Part shown: piece after piece, positions 19,548 through 29,688 of the stretch
How positions within the stretch are numbered: the first letter of the stretch is position 1
Layout: every line of letters starts with the position of its first letter
Sequence record: ON287375.1
Strand: one strand, 5' to 3'
DNA: 64,000 nt
Notes under the pieces: generated by a model
Told to the model about the DNA's origin: nothing
What the model saw: the letters and a program-made list of their open reading frames with translations, nothing else
Databases searched by the model: none
Made by a program: the position numbers and the translations under genes

Positions 19548-21953
19548 ATGAACAATGGCGCACAAGTACTGACCGGTCGTACCAACCAACAACAAACTCT
19601 GATGGGCAACCAACAGAATGGTAACCTGGGTGGTCAACCTCAGGCCCAGCAAATGCAGCAGAACAATAACCCTCTGGCTCAGTTGGCAGGGTTCTCTGCA
19701 AAGATCGCAGGTCAAGTTAATAATCCAAACAGCCAAACCAGTTTGTATTCCACCGCAACATCTCGCAACAACTATGCACATTTACTGTGTCTGGAAGATA
19801 ATGCGGCTGAAGAACAAATGAAAGCCCAAGCATTGGCAGATGCTGGGAACTTGGCTACAAACATCTTTAACATTTGTGCACGTCGTATCGTTCAGAACCC
19901 ATTCTATCGTGTACACTGTGCGGCTAAGGAGCGCTTCAAATCCCCTCGTAAGAATATGCCACCAGATCAAACTCTGAGTGCGTTCATTGATGAGATCGAT
20001 AGTAACCAGATTCTGTATCAGTTCATTCTGGCGAACGTCTCCATCATGTTTACTGCAGAATTCGCTAACGCAATTATGCGTGGTGATGATCGTGTGCGTT
20101 CTGATCGAAGTGTTGTTGATGACATGTATTATCGTTGTACTGTAGATGGTATTTACATGCAGTATTTCGATTATCTAGCTCAGCATCCAGATGGTAGTCA
20201 GATTTATTATAATGCATCTCCGGTAGTTAAGGAGACACTCAATGATCTGGAACCTAAACTATATGACATGGTTCTGAGCAAGTTTACCTTTGTGAATGTT
20301 CAGTGTCCTTGGCGTAAAGGTCGTTTGGGTGAAATGCAACAGCGTACAACTCAGGCTAATCCACTTCTGGATAGCAGCAACATCATGGACATGGGTTTTG
20401 CTGGGACGTATTATGATCCCAACTATAATCCAAACATGGCAGGCTTGACAGGTCAGACTAACGATGCAGGTCTTCGTGAACTCCAGGAATATGTCCGTCA
20501 GAAAGCAGCAGGTTATACTCCACAACCAGCCCCGGTTCAGCAGGAAGATCGTATTCTGCAAACGACCTATGGTGGTTATGATCAACCTGATCTGAAACTG
20601 GAAGACATGACTCGTGAAAATCGTCTGCGTTATTCCATTGATAAATGGGGTTCTCAGATTCCTGGCACAGAGTGGTGGGTAATTCGTGAGAAGGATGTAG
20701 TGCACTTTGCTCGTGTTATGGATATGGATGACGGCATCCCATTCCGTGTTCGCGATACACGTTGTGTAGGCGCAATTCCTGTCTATCGTTTCGACTGGCA
20801 AAACGGTACATTCAACTTCCGTCTTGTTAAACATAAATTACAGGCATTTGATATCATGGGAACTTTGATCAGTAATCCTGATAAACTGTTACCGTACATG
20901 TATGAAGAAGATGGTGTTCAGAAAACTACTTTCGATCCAACCATCCTGGAAACTAACAAGTTCACTAATGAAGGGCATGTTATTCCAGTAGGTGAAATGA
21001 AAGAGCTGGAGAAAGAACCTGATATCCTGATCGGTAACAAACCGATGAAGGCCAACCAGGGTAATGAACACATCCTGAACCGCATGGACGTATTCACTCA
21101 AACTTATGATCCGAAAAAGAAACTGGATGCATTTGTAATGCCAATGGTGATTACTCGCGAATGGCAGATGGCTCCAGAGGTAAACATGGAATGTTTCTAT
21201 TCTCAGTTCCGTGTAATGGTGCAAGGCAACACTGCAGGTATGGATGACACTCTGCAAGTACTGCGAATGATCCGTGGTGCATATAACGAATGTGAAGATC
21301 AAGAGTTTAAAGATTTCGTTAAACCATATGTAACTAATCTGGTTAACCGTTATCTGATCGAAGTTCGTGGTTATGCAGAGACCAAACAGGAATCCATCGA
21401 TTCTGGTAACATCTCTTATCTGAAGTCTTCTGACATCTTTGAAGATCTGGAAGATTGGGTAGCTTGCCTGAAAGAAAGTGATCTCCCAACTCTGCGTGCA
21501 TTTGCTGATTATCGTTTCAATACTTTCATGCGCATGGGTATTGAAGTACTGTGTAGTGCTGAGCAAGTGAAAGATGTGTATACTGAAAAGTATGGTAAAG
21601 ACGATGATGAAATCTTTGTAGCTGCAATGATGAAGTCCGCAGAGAAAGCAGTAATCATTAAACGCAATACCGTATTCTTCAACATTCGTAAACAACCAGC
21701 TCCACATACCGTAGAAGCAATCACAATTAAAGAATCAGTTAACCCTGAACTCTTTGCAATGATCCGAGAAGCAACCAAAATCACCGCGAAGCATTTCACT
21801 GATACTCCGCAAGTGTTGGTTCGTTTCGAAACCGATTCCGGTAACAAAGTCTTCACTGTAACTCCAAGTGGATTCGATCCTGAGTCTGTTGTGACATTGC
21901 GACCGATTGATTCAACTCAAGCATATTGCCACCCATATCCGATCATGGACTAA
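19548..21953 (+). CDS. conserved hypothetical protein with Q/N-rich N-terminus
   Basis: 801 aa, 8 nt downstream of the nvRNAP gene. Confidence 0.6.
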   Translation: MNNGAQVLTGRTNQQQTLMGNQQNGNLGGQPQAQQMQQNNNPLAQLAGFSAKIAGQVNNPNSQTSLYSTATSRNNYAHLLCLEDNAAEEQMKAQALADAGNLATNIFNICARRIVQNPFYRVHCAAKERFKSPRKNMPPDQTLSAFIDEIDSNQILYQFILANVSIMFTAEFANAIMRGDDRVRSDRSVVDDMYYRCTVDGIYMQYFDYLAQHPDGSQIYYNASPVVKETLNDLEPKLYDMVLSKFTFVNVQCPWRKGRLGEMQQRTTQANPLLDSSNIMDMGFAGTYYDPNYNPNMAGLTGQTNDAGLRELQEYVRQKAAGYTPQPAPVQQEDRILQTTYGGYDQPDLKLEDMTRENRLRYSIDKWGSQIPGTEWWVIREKDVVHFARVMDMDDGIPFRVRDTRCVGAIPVYRFDWQNGTFNFRLVKHKLQAFDIMGTLISNPDKLLPYMYEEDGVQKTTFDPTILETNKFTNEGHVIPVGEMKELEKEPDILIGNKPMKANQGNEHILNRMDVFTQTYDPKKKLDAFVMPMVITREWQMAPEVNMECFYSQFRVMVQGNTAGMDDTLQVLRMIRGAYNECEDQEFKDFVKPYVTNLVNRYLIEVRGYAETKQESIDSGNISYLKSSDIFEDLEDWVACLKESDLPTLRAFADYRFNTFMRMGIEVLCSAEQVKDVYTEKYGKDDDEIFVAAMMKSAEKAVIIKRNTVFFNIRKQPAPHTVEAITIKESVNPELFAMIREATKITAKHFTDTPQVLVRFETDSGNKVFTVTPSGFDPESVVTLRPIDSTQAYCHPYPIMD

Positions 21954-22017
21954 ATGAGTAAAGGAAACGATAGAAAAATTAACTAAGTTAATTCATGAAT
22001 TAAAATAGCTATTGACT

Positions 22018-22045
22018 GGAGAACTGGGCGGAGGCTCGGTTCTCC
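22018..22045 (+). terminator. hairpin ending nvRNAP operon
   Basis: GGAGAACTGGGC-GGAG-GCTCGGTTCTCC (12 bp including G-U pairs). Confidence 0.6.
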
Positions 22046-22166
22046 ATTCTGCTGTCTGTATCGATCTGTAGAGACTTTAGTTATAAAGACTGATAAGTAT
22101 TAGCTTTTATAGATAAAGCTTCTCAGAAGCTCTTACATAACCGTTAAACATATATAGGAAATAGCA

Positions 22167-22595
22167 ATGAAAACCTTTACCACTTCCATCTTCGTTCCTT
22201 CCGTAACTAAAGAAGAAATGAACTTGATTGACAGACTGGAACTGGCAAGCAATTTGAACAAACCTGTCCCGCTTCCAGATAACCTGATGCACGGTGGTTT
22301 GGATGATGTTCAGGAAGGTGAAGAATTCATTCTTGTTGTGAATGGACTCCGTGAACGTCACGAGATTAAAATGCGCGGCTGTAATAAAGTAGCTGGTAAA
22401 GTTCGCTTTATGTTTGTCGAACCTGAGAAACCAGAAGTATTCCGCTTCGCTCAATGGCGTATTAAATCTCCTAACCTGATGAGCATGAAAGGCGGGAAAG
22501 AATTACAGCTGCGTAACTTCGGTGCTCAAGACCTGCGCCGTTTGATTCGCCACAGCATCGGTAACCGTGAACGTCAAATGGTAGAATATCGTTAA
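22167..22595 (+). CDS. hypothetical protein
   Basis: 142 aa with an AGGA SD and phage-typical codon use. Confidence 0.6.
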   Translation: MKTFTTSIFVPSVTKEEMNLIDRLELASNLNKPVPLPDNLMHGGLDDVQEGEEFILVVNGLRERHEIKMRGCNKVAGKVRFMFVEPEKPEVFRFAQWRIKSPNLMSMKGGKELQLRNFGAQDLRRLIRHSIGNRERQMVEYR

Positions 22596-22607
22596 GAGGA
22601 ATTTGAA

Positions 22608-22790
22608 ATGGATGGTGTAGAAGAGTTTGAAGATTTCTTAGCAGCTAATCCTGATTCAAGCTATGCTGAGATTCAATCTAAAATGGAAGAGATCATTAGT
22701 ATCTCTGGTGAAGAAAACCGAACTGAACTTGAGGAAATGATCGATGAACATTTCGAAGATTATCAAAGCACTCCCGAAGACTTCGAATAA
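22608..22790 (+). CDS. small very acidic protein
   Basis: 60 aa with a GAGGA SD; 21 D/E against 2 K/R. Confidence 0.55.
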   Translation: MDGVEEFEDFLAANPDSSYAEIQSKMEEIISISGEENRTELEEMIDEHFEDYQSTPEDFE

Positions 22791-23121
22791 AGTTAGATTC
22801 ATTGTTCATGACTTCGAACAGGGTAGAGATTCAATTAAAAATCTTGAACGGGCCGTGGCCACTATAAGGTATAAGGCATTAATAAGTATTATTTCTATGC
22901 GGCCAGACCGTATTCGTTCAGAAGTAATCTCTGATTTTGAACGGGTATTCCAAACATTCTTACGCGAGGTATTGGAGTTACAGATAACACCTTGGGAAAT
23001 AGCATTAAGGCGACAATCGGCCTGGTGGTATATTTTTGATGGCTTTGTTATTGACCTTATCAGAACCAAACTCATAATGATAGGATATGATCCTAAAGTT
23101 TGGCTAGAGGCGGGGAAATAA
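22744..23121 (+). CDS. hypothetical protein, tandem paralog A
   Basis: Shares PWEIAL and IGYDPK[V/I]WLEAGK with the next ORF. Start uncertain. Confidence 0.55.
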   Translation: MNISKIIKALPKTSNKVRFIVHDFEQGRDSIKNLERAVATIRYKALISIISMRPDRIRSEVISDFERVFQTFLREVLELQITPWEIALRRQSAWWYIFDGFVIDLIRTKLIMIGYDPKVWLEAGK

Positions 23122-23124
23122 ATA

Positions 23125-23487
23125 ATGCTCAGTAAAGACGCATTTAAAAATGTAGCATGTGTAGCTTTAACAGAAGAAGGTCTTAGAGATTTCGCTATAG
23201 TGAAATTGGATAACCTTATTGATGACTTGTCTTCCAGCGGAAGCCGTGCTTATAAGCACGTCCATACATTCTATTTAAATGAAGAAATAAAGATCATCTT
23301 TAAACGTTTCCTAATGAATGTTCTCTGGGACAATAGGTCTCCTTGGGAGATAGCTCTGAATTATCAGGATGTATACTGGAATACATTATCCGGTAGGGTT
23401 ATCGAAGTTCTTCGATTAAAATTACGGTCCATTGGATACGACCCTAAGATCTGGTTGGAAGCAGGGAAGGAAAATATAGCACCGTAA
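23125..23487 (+). CDS. hypothetical protein, tandem paralog B
   Basis: 120 aa; paralog of 22744..23121. Confidence 0.6.
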   Translation: MLSKDAFKNVACVALTEEGLRDFAIVKLDNLIDDLSSSGSRAYKHVHTFYLNEEIKIIFKRFLMNVLWDNRSPWEIALNYQDVYWNTLSGRVIEVLRLKLRSIGYDPKIWLEAGKENIAP

Positions 23488-23502
23488 TTCAGTTGAAAGA
23501 AA

Positions 23503-23528
23503 TTTCAGGTCTATATCATTTAAGTGTA
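23503..23528 (+). promoter_or_regulatory. putative early promoter (variant)
   Basis: TTTCAGG-TCTATATCATT-TAAG-TGTA, with the same spacing as the other three copies. Confidence 0.5.
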
Positions 23529-23561
23529 TAAGACAATAAATATTTATACATGGAGATCTAT

Positions 23562-24260
23562 ATGTCTCGTAATATCAAGTACTTAGGTTCTAACTGTAAA
23601 CCGGTAATTGCCGAGGCTGTAGAATCTAAACAAACTAATCAATTAAACTCTAGTAAGGAAATCAAAATGGAAAACTTAAACACTCAAGCTATCGAAATGG
23701 AAATCAATGCTGGCGCTGCAGTTGCTCCTGAGCAAGTAGCGGTGGTAGAAGAAGTAATCCGCACTAACGTGGAAAAAGTAGTTAACCCAACCGAAGAACA
23801 AACTGTGGAAGAGAAAGCAATGACTGTTGAAACTCAAGACAAACTGAAAGAAGCTGCAGAAATCGCAACTACTGTTAAAGCGCGTTCAGTTAACTGGAAT
23901 GCAGTTGTTGCTTCCGGCGTTATCGGTGCAGTAAGTGTGGGCAGCCGTCTGCTCATTGAAAACACTCAGGAAACTGAAGAAGAAAATAAACACAGTGCTC
24001 TGGAAATCGCAGGTCGCACCATCGCGGTTGCTGCAACTGCAGCTGGCCTGAGCCTGGCTACTCAGAAGCTGGTAACTAAAACAGCAACTGATGATAGCTA
24101 TGGTCTGATGGCTACAGCGATTATCGCTAACGGCCTGAGTGTAACTGATGCAATCTTCGGTGACAGTCTGGTTGAAATGCTGAATGGCGCAGCCGGTAAA
24201 GTTACTGAATCAGTAACTGAAATGTTCAACAAAGAAGAAGCTGCAATCAGCGAACTGTAA
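23562..24260 (+). CDS. hypothetical membrane-associated protein
   Basis: GGAG SD before ATG 23562. Acidic N-half, then three Ala/Gly/Val-rich hydrophobic segments; high-expression codons. Confidence 0.6.
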   Translation: MSRNIKYLGSNCKPVIAEAVESKQTNQLNSSKEIKMENLNTQAIEMEINAGAAVAPEQVAVVEEVIRTNVEKVVNPTEEQTVEEKAMTVETQDKLKEAAEIATTVKARSVNWNAVVASGVIGAVSVGSRLLIENTQETEEENKHSALEIAGRTIAVAATAAGLSLATQKLVTKTATDDSYGLMATAIIANGLSVTDAIFGDSLVEMLNGAAGKVTESVTEMFNKEEAAISEL

Positions 24261-24267
24261 TAGCTAA

Positions 24268-24297
24268 CCTCCTACTCACCGATTGGTGAGTAGGAGG
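24268..24297. terminator. bidirectional terminator
   Basis: Perfect 13-bp stem CCTCCTACTCACC-GATT-GGTGAGTAGGAGG between convergent genes. Confidence 0.8.
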
Positions 24298-24320
24298 ATT
24301 AACTTAATTACTTATTTTTT

Positions 24321-27203
24321 TTATACGTCCCAGATATCATCACCAGTTCCTTTAAGTTCAGAACCTGGTTCTAAATCTGTAGCTGCAGCATCATCAAGTT
24401 CAGCCTGACCTTCTTCCTTTTGTTCTAAAGGAGTTTCTGCGCCAGTCTGTTCGTCTTCAACCTGCTCTTGTCCTTCTTCCAAGCTTACAGTACCTGGATC
24501 TTCAGAGAGGATAGGTTCTTCTTGACCTGGGATAGTTTCATCCGCCCCTTCATTGAACTTATCCTGTTCTTCCTTCTCAATCTTATCTTTCAGATTATCT
24601 ACTTTCTTCTCAGTCTTCTTACCAGACTTATGGTAATCAGCCAAGAATTTAACAACGTTGGCATCAAGGTCAGAAGCCTTGTTAATGATATTCAAGATAC
24701 CACCTGCCTGACCATTGCTCAAGATATCTTCAAATGGCATTGGAAGGTTGAAACGAGTAAACGCTTCATTCAACAGTACAGCTTTAATTGACTCGATGAT
24801 AGACTCACCATCCAGACCAACTTCTTCAGCACGTTTACGAAGCATCTTAACACCACCGCCCAACTCAACCCAAGTTGTAGCCAGTTTCTCAACAGCTTCA
24901 ATCTTGTCTTCAAGTTTGTTAAGTGAGTCGGTAATTGCTGGAGTAGGAAGTACAACATAGAAAGTATTCATGAAGTCTTTCAGAACGACACGAATGATAT
25001 CCATTTCTTCTGCTGAGATTTCGTCATCACCATCTTCGTTAACTTTCTCTTTAACTTCGTCAGTGATGTCCAGTGCACCTTGGTCAGGTTTCATGTACAG
25101 TTTCTTGTTCTCTTTGATGATATCTACTAACTCACCAATAAGAGGTTCATTGACACGCATATGTTTACGCATAATGTCAGTGAAGTAACGAGAGAATGTA
25201 CGAGAGTAATCGTTAGTTTGGTTACGGAGTAATTCCTGGTCAGCAAGTGCTTCAATTGCGAAGTCATTACCTTCACCAGTATCTTCCAGCCAACTACGTT
25301 TCAGACCAAAGTAACCTGCAATGGTATTTAATAAGTTATCGCGAGTATCACGGTCAATCGATTTAAGTGGCTCACGTTGCATCTGACCAGCTTGGAAATC
25401 TGGAGCTGCTACATAAGGGTTATCACCTGGATTGACTTTGATAGTCAGGGTTTGTTCTTTAAAGCGGTCAAGAACAGCATCAATGGATACGTTGTTATAA
25501 CCAATGATGTCATGCAACGTAGGGTTGTTAGCAAACCACTCATCACGTGCCATTGCAATGGTATTTCGAACATCGATATCTTCACGTTCAGGAGTAATCT
25601 CCAGAAGAGTATGAGAGATAGAGTTCTCTACCTGTGCAAGAGCATCGGCAGTATCAAGAACTGCCAAACGAGTAATGTGAAGTTTAGCTTCATCAACCAG
25701 AGAACGACCAGTACCTAAACGGTTAAAGTCGATGGCTACATAAGTAACATAATCAGAAGGTACGAATACAGCACGCACACCTTGATCGCGCATAGCACGA
25801 GACCAGAACAGTTTCTTGTTCTCTTCAGTCAGAGAAATGGTAACGTCTTTATGAAGATCGCCATTCAAGAAACCTTCAATCAGTTCTTTCTCAAGAGTAG
25901 CGGAAGCAAAGTTAACCATCCACTCCATATCTTCATTACACTCAGAACCTTGAGCTACATTTCGGATATGCTGTACGATGTCGTTAATGGAGCCCATCTT
26001 CGGACCATCAGTGTTCTCTTGAGCACCTTTAGTCTTCTGATAGTATTTAACATCAGTAGTGGATTTAAGTGGTTCACCAGTTTCTGGATCGAGTAAAAGA
26101 ATGTGACCGAATGGTTTACCGATCTCACCATTAATGTTAACAGGGATGTCAGCTTCAGAAGGCCAGTGGTAATCAATACCAATACCACGACCGTCACCGG
26201 TGTAGTATTTACCCTTACGTACAGATAAGGTTTCATTCTTATCATAATGACGATCAGGATATAAAACATCCAGTTCATCTTCCAGAGTCTTTTTGGAAAC
26301 GGCATTAACATGGTTGTTATTGGTTTTGTGACGTTTACCTTTCTCTTTAACCCAACGGTTATTGATAGCGTCATCAATACCTTCCATACCACCGATCTTC
26401 TTAAGACGTTCTTCACGAAGTCTAGAAGCCAGCTCACCTACTTTGAGAACAACAGGGTTATCCGTAAAGGTAAACTTAAGATCAGGGTGAACCAAATGGT
26501 ATTCCGGGTCACGCTCTCCTACATCACCATACAGCGCTTCAAAACCAACAAAGCTACCGGCTGTGCTTTTCCTTTCCTTACGAATGTAACCAACGTTCTT
26601 AGCGGTATTCCAGTTACCATTAACAAACTGTTCAGTAAGAACCTTAGTGGTCGTACTACGGACCAAGGATTCATTACCGGAAACCTCAACTTCCATACCG
26701 TTGATCAAATGGTCCAAAGCCGCATGAGATAAGCTTAAATGGACGTATGAGCCTGTACGGAAAAGAACATCTTTAATAATTTGAGGCGCTAACTCTTCGA
26801 AAGGGTATTTTGTCGTAAAGTAGTTTTCTACTTTTTGGATCAAAAGCTCATGAAGCTTACTGTTTTTGATATCAGAACTTTCTGTATCATAGATGAGAAG
26901 ATTTCTCTGATCGCCATTAGGCTTCAGCAGAAGGGTAGTCCAGATCTGTTCAGCACGTTTGATAAAGTGTGTAATAGTACGCAGGTCGTTATTAGCCTGG
27001 ATATTATTACTGATGATGTCAGAGAGACTTTTAACTTTAGCCACTGGTGGCTTAGACATATTCTCTCTATCTTTATCATTACGAATGGTGCTATCTTTTA
27101 CTAGCAACGAACGCATGCTTTTGTCTAAAGGAGATGGATTTTTCAATCTACCTCTTACTTTAGTCCTATCGATCGGTTTTACCCCTTTGGGTAATCTAGA
27201 CAT
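24321..27203 (-). CDS. portal protein (phiKZ gp129-like)
   Basis: About 960 aa. Start reassigned to 27203 (GGAGGAG SD). G-x-E sites in the N-terminal third and a long acidic C-tail; divergent from a large structural gene as in phiKZ/SPN3US. Confidence 0.65.
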   Translation of the reverse strand: MSRLPKGVKPIDRTKVRGRLKNPSPLDKSMRSLLVKDSTIRNDKDRENMSKPPVAKVKSLSDIISNNIQANNDLRTITHFIKRAEQIWTTLLLKPNGDQRNLLIYDTESSDIKNSKLHELLIQKVENYFTTKYPFEELAPQIIKDVLFRTGSYVHLSLSHAALDHLINGMEVEVSGNESLVRSTTTKVLTEQFVNGNWNTAKNVGYIRKERKSTAGSFVGFEALYGDVGERDPEYHLVHPDLKFTFTDNPVVLKVGELASRLREERLKKIGGMEGIDDAINNRWVKEKGKRHKTNNNHVNAVSKKTLEDELDVLYPDRHYDKNETLSVRKGKYYTGDGRGIGIDYHWPSEADIPVNINGEIGKPFGHILLLDPETGEPLKSTTDVKYYQKTKGAQENTDGPKMGSINDIVQHIRNVAQGSECNEDMEWMVNFASATLEKELIEGFLNGDLHKDVTISLTEENKKLFWSRAMRDQGVRAVFVPSDYVTYVAIDFNRLGTGRSLVDEAKLHITRLAVLDTADALAQVENSISHTLLEITPEREDIDVRNTIAMARDEWFANNPTLHDIIGYNNVSIDAVLDRFKEQTLTIKVNPGDNPYVAAPDFQAGQMQREPLKSIDRDTRDNLLNTIAGYFGLKRSWLEDTGEGNDFAIEALADQELLRNQTNDYSRTFSRYFTDIMRKHMRVNEPLIGELVDIIKENKKLYMKPDQGALDITDEVKEKVNEDGDDEISAEEMDIIRVVLKDFMNTFYVVLPTPAITDSLNKLEDKIEAVEKLATTWVELGGGVKMLRKRAEEVGLDGESIIESIKAVLLNEAFTRFNLPMPFEDILSNGQAGGILNIINKASDLDANVVKFLADYHKSGKKTEKKVDNLKDKIEKEEQDKFNEGADETIPGQEEPILSEDPGTVSLEEGQEQVEDEQTGAETPLEQKEEGQAELDDAAATDLEPGSELKGTGDDIWDV

Positions 27204-27231
27204 TGATGGGATTCTCCTCCAAGGGATCTTT

Positions 27232-29361
27232 ATGCTTAACAATATCGAGTTTAAAGCTTACATTAAAAACACGATTGCTTTCGCAAGAACTATCGTTATA
27301 AAATGTAATGATATTGCCCTTCTTGATAACAGGTTGATGGAGCAACACTATGGGTTAAACCCAGGTACTGACCCAGCTAAGTGGCGGTACTACATGAACC
27401 TGAACGGCGAATATCACGTAACAGATAAAATGATGTACGTACAGTCTTTGGACAACGGCGATACGATAGAGTTTACTAAAGCCAATTTAGATCTGCACTT
27501 GGCAACTAAACGAGCTTATCGTCTGGGTTCTTATTACTACACCAGACTAGTCGAAAAATATCCGTCCCAGTCAAATCTTATTAATGGTGTAATAAACCCG
27601 ATACCGCAATCCGAATCTGTACCAGCAAAGGATTACCAAATCCTACGCTATAATACTGATTATGTTCAGTGGAACGAATACCAATTAATGCCCGCTTTGC
27701 AGAAACATATCGATGCAATGGTACTTGGATCATTCCAAACAGAATATCTTCTTACCGATAACTTGATGCTTCCTGCATTGCTCATGACTTTACATGCTTC
27801 ATTAGTTTCCAACATTTTAATGTTAAGGAAAGAAGCAGCTTACAGTCGTTATGCTCATGACTTTTATATCTGGAGTAAATTAAACTCTGTAGGTATTTCG
27901 AGCGTCTATAAAAAGTTCTTAGATCATAAACAGACAATGTGGTTATTCCGCAATATCGATTATGTTCTTCGTAAACTTGGACGTAGAGCAACCTTTGATG
28001 ATGTATTGGAAATAGTCCTCACACATCGCCGTATACCTTTATCACGTTATGAAACCATCCAAACCACCCAAGGTATGGAAGAGACATTTGAACCTCAACC
28101 AATGATGCTCAGACGTCCTATTAACTTGATAAAAGACTTCGGTATGGATAATAGGCTATTTACAGTACCGGATGTACTCAAGAAAGAAAACCCACTGGCA
28201 CTCGATAACGAGGATAACTACCCAGAAGGTGAATCTCAGACTGATTACTTAATTCGGTATGGTCTATTCGGTGAAGTGCCTTCTAAGGTACTCGAATCCA
28301 ACATGACAGATACCACAGGTCGTAACCCAGATCGCTTGATGAGAGTTTTACACAATGAATGGATTTACCTGACCTTCAATAAACTCTACAACATCAATAT
28401 CGACGTAACTGATATACGTACTGGTAAACGCTTCCGTTTAGCAATGCCTGATGCTGTGATCCTCTGGCACTATTTGATTGACAGAGCACGCGGTATCAAC
28501 AAACCTGGTAAGATCCCAGAGTACGAATATTGGCATGTCAGAAAGATCAAAGATCCGACTTGGCAAGAGCTAAGTTTACTCGGTCATAAAGACATACTGA
28601 CAGAAACTGTTTGTAAAGACATTCTGAAAGTTCATGTCGACTTCCCTGTGTTGATCACCCCTGATGCTTTCTTTAACAAATGTAAAGAAGTGCAAGATGG
28701 AATGTGGGCACATAAGAAGCTCTACTCCAGAATACTTAACCTATTCTCTGCAACCCGTCGTGAGAACGCCGTATCGGCCTGCTATGCTGATGGTTTAGCT
28801 AAGATAGGTAATTACAAGACTTATGACGAATTCCTCACCAAGCTTGATTTAGACTTCTTAGACTATAATCAGGATGAGTGTTTGGACTTGGCATGGTCTA
28901 TCTGGAGCAAAGCTACTGGATGGGAATATAACGATATACAATCTATCGGTGAACAGCAGCGTATGCTGATTAACTTGATGAAGGACTTAACAAGTTACAC
29001 CGTTCAGTATATCGGATCAACAGAAACATTAGATGGTCAATTTAACTTACCATATATGATGTTGCTTGATGGTGATTATTGGTTACCTGACGGCGAAACT
29101 TCTTTGGAACATGATAATGACTTAGTCTTTATCCCTGTGCATAACCACGGTGTTCCAGAAGCATCATTAACAGCTAAAGAACTTACAGGTGAACTCCCAG
29201 GAGATGATTGGGGTACAGTTCACGCTGAGTCTATCGGCTGCGGTAAAATAGATCTTCCTATGGTTCTGTATCGTATCGAGACGCTTCCTCAGGTATCCGT
29301 CAATCAGATTAATTCTGCTATGACATTGAGAGAAGATAAAACTAATGGACAGACTCCTTAG
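27232..29361 (+). CDS. conserved virion structural protein (phiKZ gp128-like)
   Basis: Start reassigned to ATG 27232 (MLNNIEFKAY, AAGGGA SD). N-terminal WRYYMNLNGEYH...DNGDTIEFT motif; divergent from portal. Confidence 0.6.
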   Translation: MLNNIEFKAYIKNTIAFARTIVIKCNDIALLDNRLMEQHYGLNPGTDPAKWRYYMNLNGEYHVTDKMMYVQSLDNGDTIEFTKANLDLHLATKRAYRLGSYYYTRLVEKYPSQSNLINGVINPIPQSESVPAKDYQILRYNTDYVQWNEYQLMPALQKHIDAMVLGSFQTEYLLTDNLMLPALLMTLHASLVSNILMLRKEAAYSRYAHDFYIWSKLNSVGISSVYKKFLDHKQTMWLFRNIDYVLRKLGRRATFDDVLEIVLTHRRIPLSRYETIQTTQGMEETFEPQPMMLRRPINLIKDFGMDNRLFTVPDVLKKENPLALDNEDNYPEGESQTDYLIRYGLFGEVPSKVLESNMTDTTGRNPDRLMRVLHNEWIYLTFNKLYNINIDVTDIRTGKRFRLAMPDAVILWHYLIDRARGINKPGKIPEYEYWHVRKIKDPTWQELSLLGHKDILTETVCKDILKVHVDFPVLITPDAFFNKCKEVQDGMWAHKKLYSRILNLFSATRRENAVSACYADGLAKIGNYKTYDEFLTKLDLDFLDYNQDECLDLAWSIWSKATGWEYNDIQSIGEQQRMLINLMKDLTSYTVQYIGSTETLDGQFNLPYMMLLDGDYWLPDGETSLEHDNDLVFIPVHNHGVPEASLTAKELTGELPGDDWGTVHAESIGCGKIDLPMVLYRIETLPQVSVNQINSAMTLREDKTNGQTP

Positions 29362-29683
29362 ACAATACCCGAATGAACAACGTTTAGATGTACTCATTAA
29401 TAATGAAACTAAACTTTTGTTGTTAATGGATTCACGACATGTTGAATATGAGAAACAAGATCTCTCATTTATCAATAAGCATTCCATCAAGACAGATCTC
29501 AAAACTTTGAGACCTTCCGATGTTGTGAGACTAGTACGTCCTTTGGGTGTTACTCTTTATTCAACCGATATTGAATCAATCAAAGAGATTACAGGTGGGT
29601 ATGAAATCAATATTCACCCTCATTGCTTGATTCATTACGGTACCTTTAAAATCAAATATCGTGAATACGTAAACGAAGGATAA
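29345..29683 (+). CDS. small putative structural protein
   Basis: 112 aa; C-terminal HCLIHYGTFKI motif like the 4359 and 6286 ORFs. Confidence 0.45.
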   Translation: MDRLLRQYPNEQRLDVLINNETKLLLLMDSRHVEYEKQDLSFINKHSIKTDLKTLRPSDVVRLVRPLGVTLYSTDIESIKEITGGYEINIHPHCLIHYGTFKIKYREYVNEG

Positions 29684-29688
29684 TTCAG

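Noticed and set aside
21954-22166. Possible tRNA or ncRNA in the 210-nt gap
   Set aside because: No cloverleaf, T-loop (GTTCRA) or CCA pattern seen; a terminator hairpin plus AT-rich promoter space explains the gap.
26959-27242. Apparent head-to-head overlap of the portal and gp128-like ORFs
   Set aside because: Artefact of longest-ORF calling; SD-supported starts at 27203 (-) and 27232 (+) do not overlap.
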